NCBI GenBank assembly: GCA_964188305.1
Contig: OZ076888.1
Strand: one strand, 5' to 3'
DNA from: Podarcis bocagei
Lineage: Eukaryota
Length of the DNA: 64,000 bases
The notes under the pieces were generated by a model that had not been told where the DNA came from, ran no database searches, and worked only from the letters and a program-made list of their open reading frames with translations. Positions 51,238 to 64,000 of this stretch are shown here, in pieces (position 1 is the stretch's first letter; the number at the start of each line of letters is the position of its first letter). The position numbers and the translations under genes are program-made.

Positions 51238-54200
51238 TTTATTTATATCCCGCCCTCCCCAGCCAAGCCGGGCTCAGGGCGGCTAACAACAGTCAAATAA
51301 ACAATCAAATAATAGCACATTCTAAAAATATTTCATTATAAAATTAGTTAAAATCAAATTGATGGCAACCGATTAAACAAAATTCTGTGCAGGTTGCCAG
51401 AGGAGGGAGTCAGGCTGCGCCCTGACCAAAGGCCTGGCGGAACAACTCTGTCTTGCAGGCCCTGCGGAAGGATGTCAGGTCCCGCAGGGCCCTAGTCTCT
51501 TGTGACAGAGCGTTCCACCAGGTTGGAGCTGCAGCCGAGAAGGCCCTGGCTCTAGTTGAGGCCAGCCTAACCTCTCTGAGGCCTGGGACCTTGAGGGTGT
51601 TATTATTTGCAGACCGTAGGTTTCTCTGTGGGGCATACCAGGAGAGGCGGTCCCGTAGGTACGAGGGTCCTAGGCCGTATAGGGCTTTAAAGGTTAAAAC
51701 CAGCACCTTAAACCTGATCCTGTACTCCACCGGGAGCCAGTGCAGCTGGTATAGTACTGGATGAATGTGATCTCGCAGCGAAGACCCCATAAGGAGTCTC
51801 GCCGCGGCATTCTGCACCCGCTGGAGTTTCTGGGTCAGTCTCAAGGGCAGCCCCACGTAGAGCGAGTTACAATAATCCAGCCTGGAGGTGACCGTCGCAT
51901 GGATCACAGTGGCTAGGTCAGGGCGAGAGAGATAAGGGGCCAACTGCTTAGCTTGGCGGAGATGAAAAAATGCCGCCTTTGTTATAGCTGTAATCTGCGC
52001 CTCCATAGAGAGGGAGGTATCGAAGATTACACCCAAACTCTTAACGGACGGTGCTGGCACTAATTGCACCCCCGCAAGAGATGGGAGTTGCCCCCTCGAT
52101 CCCATATCGTCCCGCCCCAGCCAGAGGACCTCTGTCTTCGAAGGATTTAACTTCAACCGGCTCCCACGTAACCATCCAGCCACAGCTTCCAGACATCTGG
52201 TCAGTGTGTCTGGGGCCGAGTTAGGATGGCCATCCATCAACAGATAGAGTTGGGTGTCATCAGCATACTGATGGCAACCCAGCCCAAAACTCCGGACAAG
52301 CTGGGCGAGGGGGCGCATAAAGATGTTAAAAAGCATCGGGGAGAGAATCGCGCCCTGAGGCACTCCACACACCAAGGAGTGACGCGATGACAATTCCCCC
52401 CCAAGCGCCACCCTCTGTCCCCGATCAGAGAGAAACGAGCGCAGCCATTGAAGGACTGTGCCCTGGATCCCCACGTCGGCAAGGCGGTGGTCCAGGAGTT
52501 CGTGATCGACCATGTCAAAGGCTGCTGACAGATCTAAAAGAATCAGCAGCCCCGACCCGCCTCGATCCAGCTGTCTGCGGAGATCATCTGTTAGGGCGAC
52601 CAGAGCCGTCTCGGTCCCATGGCCAGCACGGAAGCCGGACTGGAATGGATCCAAAGCAGATGTTTCATCCAGGAACCTACCAAGCTGTTCAGCAACCGCT
52701 CTCTCAATCACCTTACCCAGGAATGGAAGATTCGAGACCGGGCGGTAATTGGATAGATCTAAGGGATCTAATGATGTTTTCTTTAAGAGCGGACGCACCA
52801 CCGCCTCCTTCAGTTCCCCTGGGAATATCCCGGTGCCAAGGGACAAATTGATGATATCCCCCAGGGGGGCCCGCACCTCGTCTGGACACGCTCTAATCAG
52901 CCATGACGGGCACGGGTCAAGAGGACAGGTGGTGGGCTTTCCAGCTTGGAGGAATCTGTCCACATCGGCTGGAGATATCCGGTCAAAGTGGTCCAATACT
53001 GGACCCGAGGACAGTCGAGGGGCCTCCAGTTCCTTTATTGTATCCAAATTGGCAGGGAGGTCATGGCGGAGCAACAGGACCTTCTCCGCAAAAAAGCTCG
53101 CAAATGCCTCACAGCTGTGTGTCAGATTGTTATTTAAATTTGGCTGTCCTTCAAGGGACGTTAAAGACCGAATTATACTAAATAATTGCGCCGGGCGAGA
53201 GCTAGCGGATGCAATGGAGGCCGAGAAGTAAGACTTCTTAGCGGCCTTCACTGCCATCTCATAGGTTTTCATAAAAACCCTATAAGATGTTCTTGAGGCT
53301 CCGTCACGGGCACCCCGCCATACTCGCTCTAGCCGTCTGAGGTCCCGCTTCATTTTCCGAAGCTCCTCGGTAAACCAGGGGGCCCGGTTTCTGCGGGGTC
53401 GCAGAGGGCGCTTAGGTGCGATCTCATCGATGGCTGCCAGGAGCTGGGTATTCCAGCCCTCAACAAGCTCAGTCAATGAGTCGCCAGGGGGAGCAAGGTC
53501 CCGCAAGGCCTGACGGAATCTATTAGGGTCCATCAGCCTCCGCGGGCGAGCCCAAATTGGCTCGCCACCTAAGCGGGGTGGGGGTGGAAAATCAATCCTG
53601 GCTTTCAGTGCGTAGTGATCAGACCATGGCACCTTCATCGAGGGAGACATGATCACATCTATACCGGCGCCAAAGATCAAATCCAGCGTGTGGCCTGCTT
53701 GATGTGTGGGGCCCGAAACAAACTGGGAGAGCCCTAGTGTCGCCATGGAAGACACCAGGTCCAGAGCCTGTGAGGAGGGAGTGGCATCAGCATGGATGTT
53801 GAAGTCCCCCAGTACCAATAGGTTGGGGAACTCCAAGGCCCAGCCAGCCACCGCCTCCAACAGGCCTGACAGGGTGGCTGCTGGTGCGCTAGGTGGCCGG
53901 TACACCAGCCAGACAGCCAAGCTCACCTCGGAGCCCCACACTAGGCCAACACATTCAATGCCGGGGATCGATGGCGATGGTAGAGCCCTGAAAGGACAGT
54001 CTTCTCGGATTAATAATGCCACCCCTCCCCCCCGGCCCACAGTCCGCGACTGGTGGAGGACGGAGAAACCTGGGGGCGCCATCTCTCGTAAGGTGACAGT
54101 TTCCCCTTCGCACACCCAGGTCTCCGTCACACAAGCCAGGTCAACCCCCTGCGAGGTGAAGAAGTCTCGCAAGGTGGCGGTTTTTTTGCCTATAGACCTG

Positions 54201-54540
54201 GCATTGCACAACACCAGTGACGGAGGTGAGTAATCCTTGCTCACCCTACCTTCGTCCCTCGGGATGGGGCGCAGATTGGAAGGGGTACGAGCATATCCAT
54301 ATCTCGATCCCCTTCGCCTATGACATCTGCCCCCACCGCCATACCTCCCTCGCCCCACTACGGTAGCAATCCCAAGCCTCAAACCAACCTCCATTTACAG
54401 AATAGAAACAAGTCAAATCCAAAACAATTGTACCAACACAACAAATCCCCACCCCACTCGATAGCCAACCCCAAACCAAACTAAAACAGAACAAAATAGA
54501 AATACATCAATAAAAACCACCGTTCATGGTGGGACAACAA
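51183..54540 (-). mobile_element. L2-clade LINE, young, with intact ORF2; (TTA)n tail at ~51183-51233; 5' boundary approximate
   Basis: L2-type 3' terminus and tail; GC/CpG-rich body contrasting with AT-rich flanks. Confidence 0.92.
51410..54394 (-). CDS. L2 ORF2: APE endonuclease + reverse transcriptase (994 aa)
   Basis: EN motifs LCNARS, VTETW, VYRPP, LGDFNIH, TLDL, WSDH; RT motifs NYRPVSNL, QSGFR, LDLSAAFD, GVPQG, YADD; L2 C-terminal LDYCNSL and LHWLPV; no stops. Confidence 0.95.
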   Translation of the reverse strand: MEVGLRLGIATVVGRGRYGGGGRCHRRRGSRYGYARTPSNLRPIPRDEGRVSKDYSPPSLVLCNARSIGKKTATLRDFFTSQGVDLACVTETWVCEGETVTLREMAPPGFSVLHQSRTVGRGGGVALLIREDCPFRALPSPSIPGIECVGLVWGSEVSLAVWLVYRPPSAPAATLSGLLEAVAGWALEFPNLLVLGDFNIHADATPSSQALDLVSSMATLGLSQFVSGPTHQAGHTLDLIFGAGIDVIMSPSMKVPWSDHYALKARIDFPPPPRLGGEPIWARPRRLMDPNRFRQALRDLAPPGDSLTELVEGWNTQLLAAIDEIAPKRPLRPRRNRAPWFTEELRKMKRDLRRLERVWRGARDGASRTSYRVFMKTYEMAVKAAKKSYFSASIASASSRPAQLFSIIRSLTSLEGQPNLNNNLTHSCEAFASFFAEKVLLLRHDLPANLDTIKELEAPRLSSGPVLDHFDRISPADVDRFLQAGKPTTCPLDPCPSWLIRACPDEVRAPLGDIINLSLGTGIFPGELKEAVVRPLLKKTSLDPLDLSNYRPVSNLPFLGKVIERAVAEQLGRFLDETSALDPFQSGFRAGHGTETALVALTDDLRRQLDRGGSGLLILLDLSAAFDMVDHELLDHRLADVGIQGTVLQWLRSFLSDRGQRVALGGELSSRHSLVCGVPQGAILSPMLFNIFMRPLAQLVRSFGLGCHQYADDTQLYLLMDGHPNSAPDTLTRCLEAVAGWLRGSRLKLNPSKTEVLWLGRDDMGSRGQLPSLAGVQLVPAPSVKSLGVIFDTSLSMEAQITAITKAAFFHLRQAKQLAPYLSRPDLATVIHATVTSRLDYCNSLYVGLPLRLTQKLQRVQNAAARLLMGSSLRDHIHPVLYQLHWLPVEYRIRFKVLVLTFKALYGLGPSYLRDRLSWYAPQRNLRSANNNTLKVPGLREVRLASTRARAFSAAAPTWWNALSQETRALRDLTSFRRACKTELFRQAFGQGAA

Positions 54541-55334
54541 AGTAAAAAATAAAAACCCCTATAAAACATTTTAAAATATTTTAACTTGTCTGATGGTTCC
54601 TAAAATGTGGGAACTTAATTTGAATTATGGAATGAACATATGTTTTCCTATTCCTACAAGCAGACAAGTTCATTAAAATGTGCATTACTTATTGCTAGCC
54701 ATGATTTCATGCTACAGAAAAACATAGCCTCTTGGGACTTCTCCTAGGGGTGTGACATTTCTAGTACTCAAATGTTAGGAGTGATTCTCTCTGAAAGCAC
54801 AAAAGCATTAACATTTGAATAAACACAATGTGGGTCAACATGCCATCAGTGCAAAAATGCAAAAGAGTTGAAGCGATTTTATGCTTCCTGCTTCCAATAA
54901 GAGACTGTGCCGGTCTAAGGAGAGAGAATTCTAAAGTGTAGCTGCCACAACACTAGAGGCCCAGTTCCTTCATTGTGTGGAATGGACCTCCCGATAAAAT
55001 GATATCTGCAGGAGGACCTCATCTACAGAGAACAGCGAGTGATTGGCTATGTAAGTGATCCCAGGTTGCATAAGGCATTATAAATTAAAAAAAAAACCAG
55101 CACTCTGAATTTAGTCTGGTAGCTGATTAGCAGCCAGTGAAATTCTTTCAACAGTGGAGTTGCATGTTGGTGATATTCTGCCTCAGTGAGCAGTCGAGCC
55201 ACAGCATTTTGCAACAGCTACAGCTTCCAAACCTCAAGAGCAGTCCTAGGTAGAACACATTGCAATAATCCAGCCTGCACATGGTGGTGGTCAGGCTATC
55301 ATGGTCCATCACTACCATAGTTTTGTTTCCTTCC

Positions 55335-55490
55335 CATGGGCCTAGCCAAGGGGAGGCAGCTGCCCCCCTAAAGTAAAACAATAGAAATACTTAACTGACC
55401 AATCACATCAGTTCTACCCCCCCCCCAACAAAAGTCCTGACCTCCCTAACAAAGTCCTGCCCCCCACAAAAAAATCCTGGCTACGCCCAT
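55335..55490. mobile_element. Putative hAT MITE
   Basis: Inverted ends catgggcctagcca / tggctacgcccat; partial ccttcc duplication in the flanks. Confidence 0.55.
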
Positions 55491-58447
55491 CCTTCCCCAC
55501 TACCCTCACCTCAGTGGAATATATGCCTAGCAATGCAAGGGCTCTCTTTAAGGATAACATCTTGCACTGTAGCCTCTGGACCTCCTTGGCCCATAGGAAA
55601 TGCAGAACCCACTTTCATTATTTATTAAATTTGTACACAGCCCTTCATCCATAGGTCTCAGGACAATTCATAGCATAAAAATACAAGATAAAAATACAAA
55701 ATACACAATAAAAACACGAACAAGAACAAAACAAATCACATTCCACATAGTAAGCTGGTATCACTTGGTTTGGATGTTTCTGTGAATTTCCTTATTCTAC
55801 AGCAAACATTTCTTTTTTTATCTTTATAAGCGGTATGGTGAAAAATCACTTAATCTAACTGATGAACCACTGAACATTCATCGCTCAGCACACAGTAAGA
55901 AATGTCTTTGTCATGTTTACAACAGTGTTACAGATGGGACCTATGCAAAGAAGGAAGAGAGATGAATGTCTCCCAAAACTCTGGGGGCAGGAAGTGAGCA
56001 CATACTATGGAAAAACTGGTATACATGTTCCTTTGGAGGAAACACCAGTGAAAGTGCGCCAAACATGTGTATCAGCCCCAAGAGGGCATCTGTTCCTTTA
56101 ATAAGCACCAAGAAAGAAGAGTTTCATTGGGTGCAGCATTTTCCCTTCAGTGCTGAAGTGGAAAAAGAAGCCACGCTTTATTGAAACTTTGCTTCTGTGC
56201 AGCACTTACAGAGGCCCTCACAGGATTTGGACCTGATAAGGATTAAGGATTTTACAATCTCCTTTTCCCGCTCTCTTGGCTTTTCCACTACTACCACTCT
56301 GAAGATTTGTTTCAAGGAGGAAGAAGTTGGCAGTTGCCTTGGAAATTATGGGATGTTCTGTAACTCAGAAGTGATGGGGGGCATAAAGCAGTACCTAAGC
56401 AGCCACCAAGAGTTTCTTCGCCTCCATCTGCTTCAGTCACTGTTGAAGAACGACCCTGTGGAAAGGGAAATGGTAGCCTCTGGCAACACTGAGGCCACAA
56501 ATACCCAAACACAGAGGAGAAAGCACAGGCACACAGCCCATGACAGCAGTCCCCTCTTCATATCAGTCATTGAAAGAACACACTAACAAAATCACATGAG
56601 ATGGGCAGCATTTGACTTTTTAGCAAGGCCACCCAGAGCAGGACGATATACAAGAAGAACCTGTCTGGTCACGCCTGCATTTGATGAGCCTTCCACATGA
56701 ATGATGTACCAAGAAAAGCAGTTTCTTCCTCAGCTACTGGCTTGTTTGCAGTCTTGACTTTCTCAATGCAAGCAAGGAGTAGGTGTAAGTGATTCAGTCA
56801 TGCAGCCTCCACAAATTCCAGACTTCAGCATCATCTCGTAGGGCAGGAGGTTCCAAAGACTGTCACACAATCAACAGCCCAGTTTTTATTTGACAGGAAT
56901 TAGTGGGTGGGGGGCAAAAATAACCAAACACTGCTGTACATCATATATCGATCAACTAGATTCATGCCACGTATCCGGCACTCACACTTTCAAGGAAAGG
57001 AAAGAACAGAAATTTTTAAAAAATCAGCTCTTGCAGGGAGGAAAAAAGATGAGAAATAGGATAGCCACAGTGCAACAAGAAATACTGTTGTCAAAGCAGC
57101 ATACTGAAAAGCAACTTCTAATGGAAATGTCTAAATCTATAATCATTCCTGACCACTGGTCCTGTTAGCTAGGGATGATGGGAGTTGTAGTCCCAAAATA
57201 TCTGGAGGGCCGAGTTTGCCTATGCCTGCTATAATCCTACATGCATTCAACTGAGCAGGAAGTTGACAAGTTTGTAGTGCAGTTTGATTTCCAATACAAC
57301 AGTATGCAAAGCCCAGGAACTGAAATTTTCTTAAAAGTTGTGCCTCTAATCAGATACATTCTGAAGAGCTAAAGTAAAATTTCACATCTTTTGGCTTTTC
57401 ATCACTTTCTTTGACATTTTTTCCTAGAAATGCTAGGGGGTTTGTTGCCTTTCATAGGTAGACGAATCACTGAAGTGACAGGAGAAGCTGTATGTACCAA
57501 GTATCTTCATGGTACACAACTACATAAAGCACTATTGCTAACTCCATGTCAAGAGCTGACGACACAAGTTCTGTGACTGATCAGGAAGAGGATAGGAAAC
57601 CTGTGGGCCTCCAAAAATTGTTAGACTACACCTTCCATCATCCCTGACCAATGGTCATGCTAGCTGAAACTGATGATACTTGGGAGTCCAGCAACATCTG
57701 GTAGATCACAGGTTCCCCAATTCTGGTAGCATCATTTCTGTTTATATAATCATCTCACACTGAAGAACAGAAGAAGACCCTAGTGTGTCATGCCCATGAC
57801 CCATCGAGTCCAACATCCTGTTCTCGCAGTGGCCAAACACATGCCCATAGGAAGCCAGCAAGCAGGACCCAAGCACACTTCCCACTAGTACCATTATCTC
57901 ATCCTATAAGTTATCTTTTATAAACAAAATACATTAGGAAACAAATACTAAAACAAGTTCAAATGTTAGAAGAACTGAGGATCAACAAGATTAGCTTTTG
58001 TAAAAGCAGATGTTGAGAGGGGAGTGGATTTGCCCATTTACCACAAAATTCTGGAAACAAATTATATGATGAATAAATAAATTATTGGATGTTCCTCTTC
58101 CTGCAGATCTTAAAATTATATGATCAATTTATCTGAATAATGTAAAACAGGAAGGATTGCTTTGTATATAGTCCTCAGCTAAAATGTTGATAACAAAGCT
58201 CTGAAAATAAAATAACTCATCCATCAGTGATCAATTAAAGTCTGTGAAATCGCAAACACAATGAATCTATAAGACAACATTTTTAAAAGGGTTGATAGCA
58301 AATTTGAAAGAGCAAAAATCCTTACCCAAACTATTACACAACTCTAGAATGATAAAACTGCTAGTAATCTCTTGCTTTGAGTTTTATCAAATTTATTTTA
58401 CATGCTTTTCTCTGTGGTAAAACATGATAATAGAACACACAAGTGCA

Positions 58448-59092
58448 TCATTGATGCTTTTCAGAACATACCATCTTGCCTGGAACCTTAGATAGCTTCA
58501 CACTGTGACAATGCTGGAAATTGTGAGTTTTCTTTCTGCCCAGATGGCATTTAGTTCCATGTGAAGGCATCACTTTTTCTTTCCTTTGGTACAAAGATCC
58601 ATAATTCTTATAGCCCTTCTTTTCCCCATTCTTATTGTCAATGATTTGACGCTCCCATAGCTCTATTGCCGCTGTTATCTTCTTGGGTGCTGTTTTAAAT
58701 GCCGCCTCCATTTGTGACCCCAGCTCCACAGCCTTCGCCAGAGTTAGAGAATCTATTTGCAAAAATAGGGTCTCCCTAATTCGCCAGTCTTCTGCTTTCT
58801 CAATCAGCTGGTCAAGCACCAGCTCATCCTGCAGAGGCCCAAAATCACAGCCTGATGCCAAATCCCACAGTGCAGAGGCAAAACTCATAAAGGTCTCCCC
58901 AGGAAGTTGCTCCCGCTGCCGGAAACAGAGCCTCTGGATTCTCTTGAAAACACTTTGCCTTGGTGTGAAGTCTTCCTGGAACTCATCAATAGTCTCAAAT
59001 AATGCAATGGAGCCCAGCTTTGTCTTCTGATTTCCCCAACCAAAACGGTAGGGAAGTTGGTCCTCCATGTTCTCCCATCCAAATAAACACAT
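58448..59092 (-). mobile_element. Ty3/gypsy gag-derived ORF (214 aa); no pol or LTR recognised
   Basis: FRQREQLPGETFMSFASALWDLASGCDFGPLQDELVLDQLIEKAEDWRIRETLFLQ..LTLAKAVEL matches a gypsy gag capsid signature; eroded zinc-knuckle region at the C-terminus. Confidence 0.8.
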
Positions 59093-60375
59093 GAAGAATT
59101 CAAGAGCATTTAGTCCATGTGACTAGGACTTCTCCCCGCTAACGTTTGGGGGGAAATAATAGAAGAAAGAAAGTATACGAGTCCACCATCTTCCAGTCAC
59201 AGCAATGTAACTGATAGTAAACACACCACTTTGCTTTTCTAATTAGCAGGTAGGCTTAGTCAGCTGAGTCACATTCAGACTCTTCCCCATAAACTGACCT
59301 GACCTGTAATTTGTCATCTGGACATCTCCGCCTTTTAATTTCTTTGTTTCCTGAATATTGTTCGTGGGCATAAAAATCATTAAAAGTACTTATTAGTGCT
59401 TATGAACTCAGAATACTACATTGCCTCAGATTTCCTGGCATCAGAGGCAGATAGCATCCCTCATTCAATCCCAGGTAGACAGAAAACTCATAGTAAAACA
59501 ATTTCCAGATGCCAAGAGAAATAAACTGGACACAGCAAATCCTAAAGGACCCTCAACAGAACAGAGGCAAATATTAATAAATGGGGTGGCGCATTTGACG
59601 GTGTAGTGCGGCTGCTCTTCATGACAGCCCCATAGCCACAATCAAAATAAGCTTTTAAGCAAAGCCCAATGGCTCCAATATCAAACTACCTTTTTTCACA
59701 CCAGCACCCCACTTTACTTCACATCCAGCCTGACGAAGAGTTCCAGTGGACTCCAAAGCTTGCTCAATATTTGGTGGCATTTGATTGGTCATAATAAAGT
59801 TTGGGTTTTTGGGTTGTTTTCCCCCTCAAACAAAAGTGGCAGTTTTGCAAATTTGCATGAGCCAGGCATGCAAATTTAACAAACATCTTCCTCTGCTTAG
59901 CTTACCTCCTGGGTTCCTTTCTGAGAAGAGTTTATTTATTTGGCATGCAGATAATTGGAAAATAGCATCCCAGTAGATGGTTATCATCCCTGCTGTGAAA
60001 TAAGTGTCAGTGCTTTATCCCTGACCCATGCCCACTCCGCAACATCACTGAGCACCTTTTTGATTGATTTTTTTTATTTTTTTATATATTTGGAAACCTA
60101 ATTTCCACACTTCAAGTCCTACCCAGTATTTGTAGCTGTGGGTAAGAATGATTACCTGGAAGGCTGCCGAGAATACACGTGAGGAGGCTTGTTTCCTACA
60201 GTACTGGGTGTCACTTTTACCACCCACATCATTCATCTAAATATAGCTCAGTCTGAACTCAGCAGGCAGCAATCACAACTGCAGAAATGCAGCAAGCCCA
60301 CTCTATAATGAGCACCTTCCACAAACTGCCCTGAAAACAAATTAAGCTTTTTGGACATTTGAGCATTTCTGAAAC

Positions 60376-60805
60376 CAGTGCCAGATTTACGTATAAGCTA
60401 AACAAGCTATAGCTTAGGACCCCACTCTCTTGGGGGGGCCCAAAAAAATTAAAGGGGGGAAAACGGGATGTACATTTCCAAAATATAAGATAAGAAACAA
60501 ATAAAATAAAACCTACATACAGCAACTGTGTTTTGTGTTGTGTAGGCTCCTATGATGTAAATAATGGGCCCCGCCTGCTCCCTAAAATATCGCTGGTTTG
60601 CTCATTTCAACATTCTGCATGGACTGGTTACATGACAACTTGTGCAAATGGCTTTAGATACCTATTAGGTCCATAAATTATCATATAGCATATATTCAAC
60701 CAAAAAAACAGTGACAATTTGTTGTTGACAAAGGATAGCTGGACATATAAAGGGCCCCATTACCTTCAGTAGCTTAGGGCCTCATCAAACCTAAATCCGG
60801 CCCTG
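60376..60805. mobile_element. hAT (Tip100-like) MITE
   Basis: 8-bp TSD TCTGAAAC (60368-60375 / 60806-60813); TIR cagtgccagattta / taaatccggccctg. Confidence 0.88.
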
Positions 60806-63699
60806 TCTGAAACATTAAATATGAACACCTGACATGCCCAGCTGATACTTTATTTTATTTTACTCCCTCCTTCCTTACCAGTTACCCAACCTTCTTCAAG
60901 TCAAAAAACCTGACTTGGGGAAGGGACTAGTTGACAGCTGAGGGCTCCTTTCCTCGCTAGGCCTCTCCTTAACTGTAAATACTGTGTGGAACATCACTTC
61001 CTGCTGAGGGACCAAGTGACCTGAAGACAAAAAACTATGTCCCACGATCCTTCGGTAGAAAATGGTGTTGCTCAGAGTGTCATTTACTGCCAAGGGTAGC
61101 TGCCCTCACCTGTGTAAAAAGGAGTCTGTTACCCTAGCCCAAAGTTTGGCTTTTTTTGGCTTGCAGAGAGATGAGGCAGCTGACAGGAAAATGACAAAAG
61201 CATTTTGAATCCAGGCAGACTCAAAGCAGGCTGTGACCCAACTCCTAGGCCTAAGAGGGCTTTGCATCCTCCATTACAGAGGGCAGCCCTCAGCCTAAAA
61301 GAGTTCTCTATTTGAAGGATTATTGGGGTCAAGTCTGATAAGATAAAGAAAGATAAAGATAAAGAATCACCTGAGCAGCCGTGCAAGTCACCTGTTTAGT
61401 CTTCTCCATTATGGTGAAATATATTGTATTTCTATTTCAAATCTGATGCAATTTGTTCTTCTCTTTTATTCTCTTTTTTGATGAAGCTTTTCCTCTTTTC
61501 CAGCAATATGTAACCTGCCACGCTTCATAGATCGTAATCCCATATGTGTCTACTCAGAAGTGAATCCCATTGAGACATACTCCCAGGTAAGTGCGTATAG
61601 GATTGCAAACCTAATGGGCCAGACATTTACAGCAGGTGGAGTCTGCATTACAAACTCCCCACAGTTGCAAGACTCTTGACATCGTTTTGTTGAGCTATGA
61701 GCAGCCTCTCTTAAAAGTATAATAGTTTAAAACTCCCGATTCTTTCAAACTTCTTACCATGTAACTTTTGTGGTTCTCTGAATCAATCTGTGCTGATTTT
61801 CAGCAATGACTGCCATTATGCAAAGGAAGGGACATGGCTCACTGACAGAGCATCTCCTTCGCATGCAGAAGGTCCCAGATAGGGCTGTGAAAGACTTGGG
61901 TCTAAAACTTTGGAGAGTCACTTCCAGCCATTGCAGACAATACTGAGCTATGTGGTGTGACTGTGTATAAGGCAGCTTCCTATGATAAAGTGACTGTATA
62001 AATGCTGGTGCTACATTCAGAATTCCATGCGGATCAGCTTTGTCCACACCACTCCAAGAGCAACTACGTGCAAAAACACAAACCAATAGAACCATAACTG
62101 CCTTGACATAACTACCATCATATAAGTGCAAATCAGTAAATATGCACCAGTTCAAACTGTGCTTCAGAAAAAGTTATGACAATAGATCCAAGTTCCAGGA
62201 TTCAGAAGCACAGAATTTAGTTCAGGGAACCACCAAAAGGCCAAAATCTAATGCCTAGACCAAGCTATAGACCCAGTAGTGGCATTTTAGTAAAATTATC
62301 AGTTTTACAGCAGTTTAACTTTTGCAGCTTCTCCCAGATAATCCTGGAAATTGTAATTCGCACAAACTCTAAGCTGTCTATCCCTCCCCCACAGAGCTAT
62401 AGTTCCCTTGCCAGGGTAAGTTGATGATTATATAAACCATTTTAAATTTAGAGCATAGATGTATTCACCATTTTACACAAACACACACTCCTTAATAAAT
62501 CCCTGAAAAATAAACATAGAAAATAATAATTATAGTCTACAATTCTACTTGTTAAGGTGTGTTAGAGTAGGATGGAACAACCAAAATTGTCTTAGAAAAA
62601 CATGTAATCTTAGCAAAGTAGACCTAGATGACTCACATGGCCTTGTGGGAGCTGGAAAACCATTAAGTCTTATTGCTTCATACTGTAGTAAAGGTGACAG
62701 CCATGACCATTCCTAATGCTGTACTTATTTTTCTTACTACAGTCACAGTGCTCACAAATTGCATGCTTGTAAATTACAATTTGTGGTCCAAAAGCAAGCA
62801 AGTTTCTCAAATATGCTGTGGAAGGCATTACATCTACAGCAGAACTGTATCTAACTTCTCAAACAGATCACAATACAGTACGTACTGAAAAATGGTTTTG
62901 TAGTAGACACAGTTTACCTCCTAGAATGGGAGTATGGGGTTGTGTGGGAATAAGCTCTGTTCCAATTTTAGGCACGTAGGAAGCTATGGTATATTCTCAT
63001 TTACAGGCAGGAGTCACCTGAGAACTTATGCATGCAAAGCAGATGCTCTACCACTGAGCTATGGCCCTCAACCTAAATTTTGTTTAAATATGTGAAGGTC
63101 AGGAGCCACCATGATCCCAAACCCCACCATTCCACATCTTCAGCAGTTCATGGTCTGGTCAAGGCTAGTCTTCGGATATTCATACCTCATTACAGCAAAA
63201 TGTATATAATTGACTGGTATAGCTATATCCTTTTTATGACTACTTTCTGTGCTTAAATTCATTTTGTTCCACGTATGCTCCTGACACTGCTTTGATATCC
63301 TGCATCCACTAGAAACGGTTACACTTGTTATACTTGTCTGGATCATGAGGTTACTTTAGCTCCAGGACAATGCTCATAAGGAGTCACCAAATGGCACCGT
63401 TTCCTGTCTAACAAAATGAAGGCTCTCTTTTCCCCGATCTGTTATTTTTCTCAGCTGAAACATTGGGTCTTAGATGGTGTAAGCCAATAGTTTTGCTTGA
63501 AATTCCATTATTGTGTAGGTATTTCTGCGTTTCCATACAGATTAATTACCGGTAAATCCCAATATATACCACAAGGTATTTAGGAACTGTTTCTAGCAAA
63601 AACTAAAGGCATGAATTAAATTAACATTTCTGTGGTAATTTTTAGACCACTTCTGAATGACAACCTATCATACTAGGGAAACTATTTGTCCAGTTAACT

Positions 63700-64000
63700 G
63701 TTTATTATTAGTTTATTTTTATTATTCAGTTTATATACTGCCCTTTATCCCACAGCAGTGTACAACATTAAAAACCTAATTTCTATCACATAGTAATAAA
63801 AGCAATTAAACAATCACAGGGGGGAATCATAATAACAATCCCCCCACATTTAAAAGGCCATAGCTTGTTTAATGGTCAAAGGCCTGGGTAAAGAGGAATG
63901 TTTTCACCTGGCATCAGGCAAGACTCTCTGGGGAGAGCATTCCATAGATAGGGAGCCACCACAGAAAAGGCTCATTCTCGTGTTGTCAACCCCTTGGGGA
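63700..64000 (-). mobile_element. Old L2-type LINE 3' fragment
   Basis: ..aaaggcctgggtaaagaggaatgttttcacctggc..gggagagcattccatagatagggagccaccacagaaaaggc, the reverse of the L2 end seen at ~22760-22990. Confidence 0.6.

Noticed and set aside
51453-54233. Several plus-strand ORFs of 60-175 aa
   Set aside because: Antisense shadows of the GC-rich L2 ORF2.
1-64000. CRISPR arrays, rRNA/tRNA genes, prokaryotic operons
   Set aside because: None seen. The sequence is vertebrate intronic DNA, and the tRNA-like boxes belong to SINE heads.

Overview
Vertebrate (squamate, probably lacertid lizard) genomic DNA, not prokaryotic. The window is the 5' half of ARHGEF4 (Asef1) on the minus strand: a 4,338-bp giant coding exon (46041-50378), exons at 43235-43555 and 41094-41223, and two candidate alternative first exons (29479-29671, 12073-12269). 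Exon 1 was not found here and the downstream SH3/DH/PH exons lie beyond the left edge. The introns are rich in squamate repeats: an L2 LINE with an intact 994-aa ORF2, CR1, L1, RTE and Rex1/Babar fragments, a Sauria SINE, Tigger-like and hAT MITEs with TIRs and TSDs, and a Ty3/gypsy gag remnant. The most notable observation is at ~1-9,800. Manual minus-strand translation through stops, frameshifts and later TE insertions gives collinear remnants resembling bornavirus N, G, M and L (RdRp) in the order N-(X/P?)-G-M-L. This suggests an ancient, near genome-length endogenous bornavirus-like element with Carbovirus/Cultervirus-type gene order, running off the left edge. All protein similarities were judged by eye against sequences recalled from memory, not by database search, and need tBLASTn/HMM confirmation.
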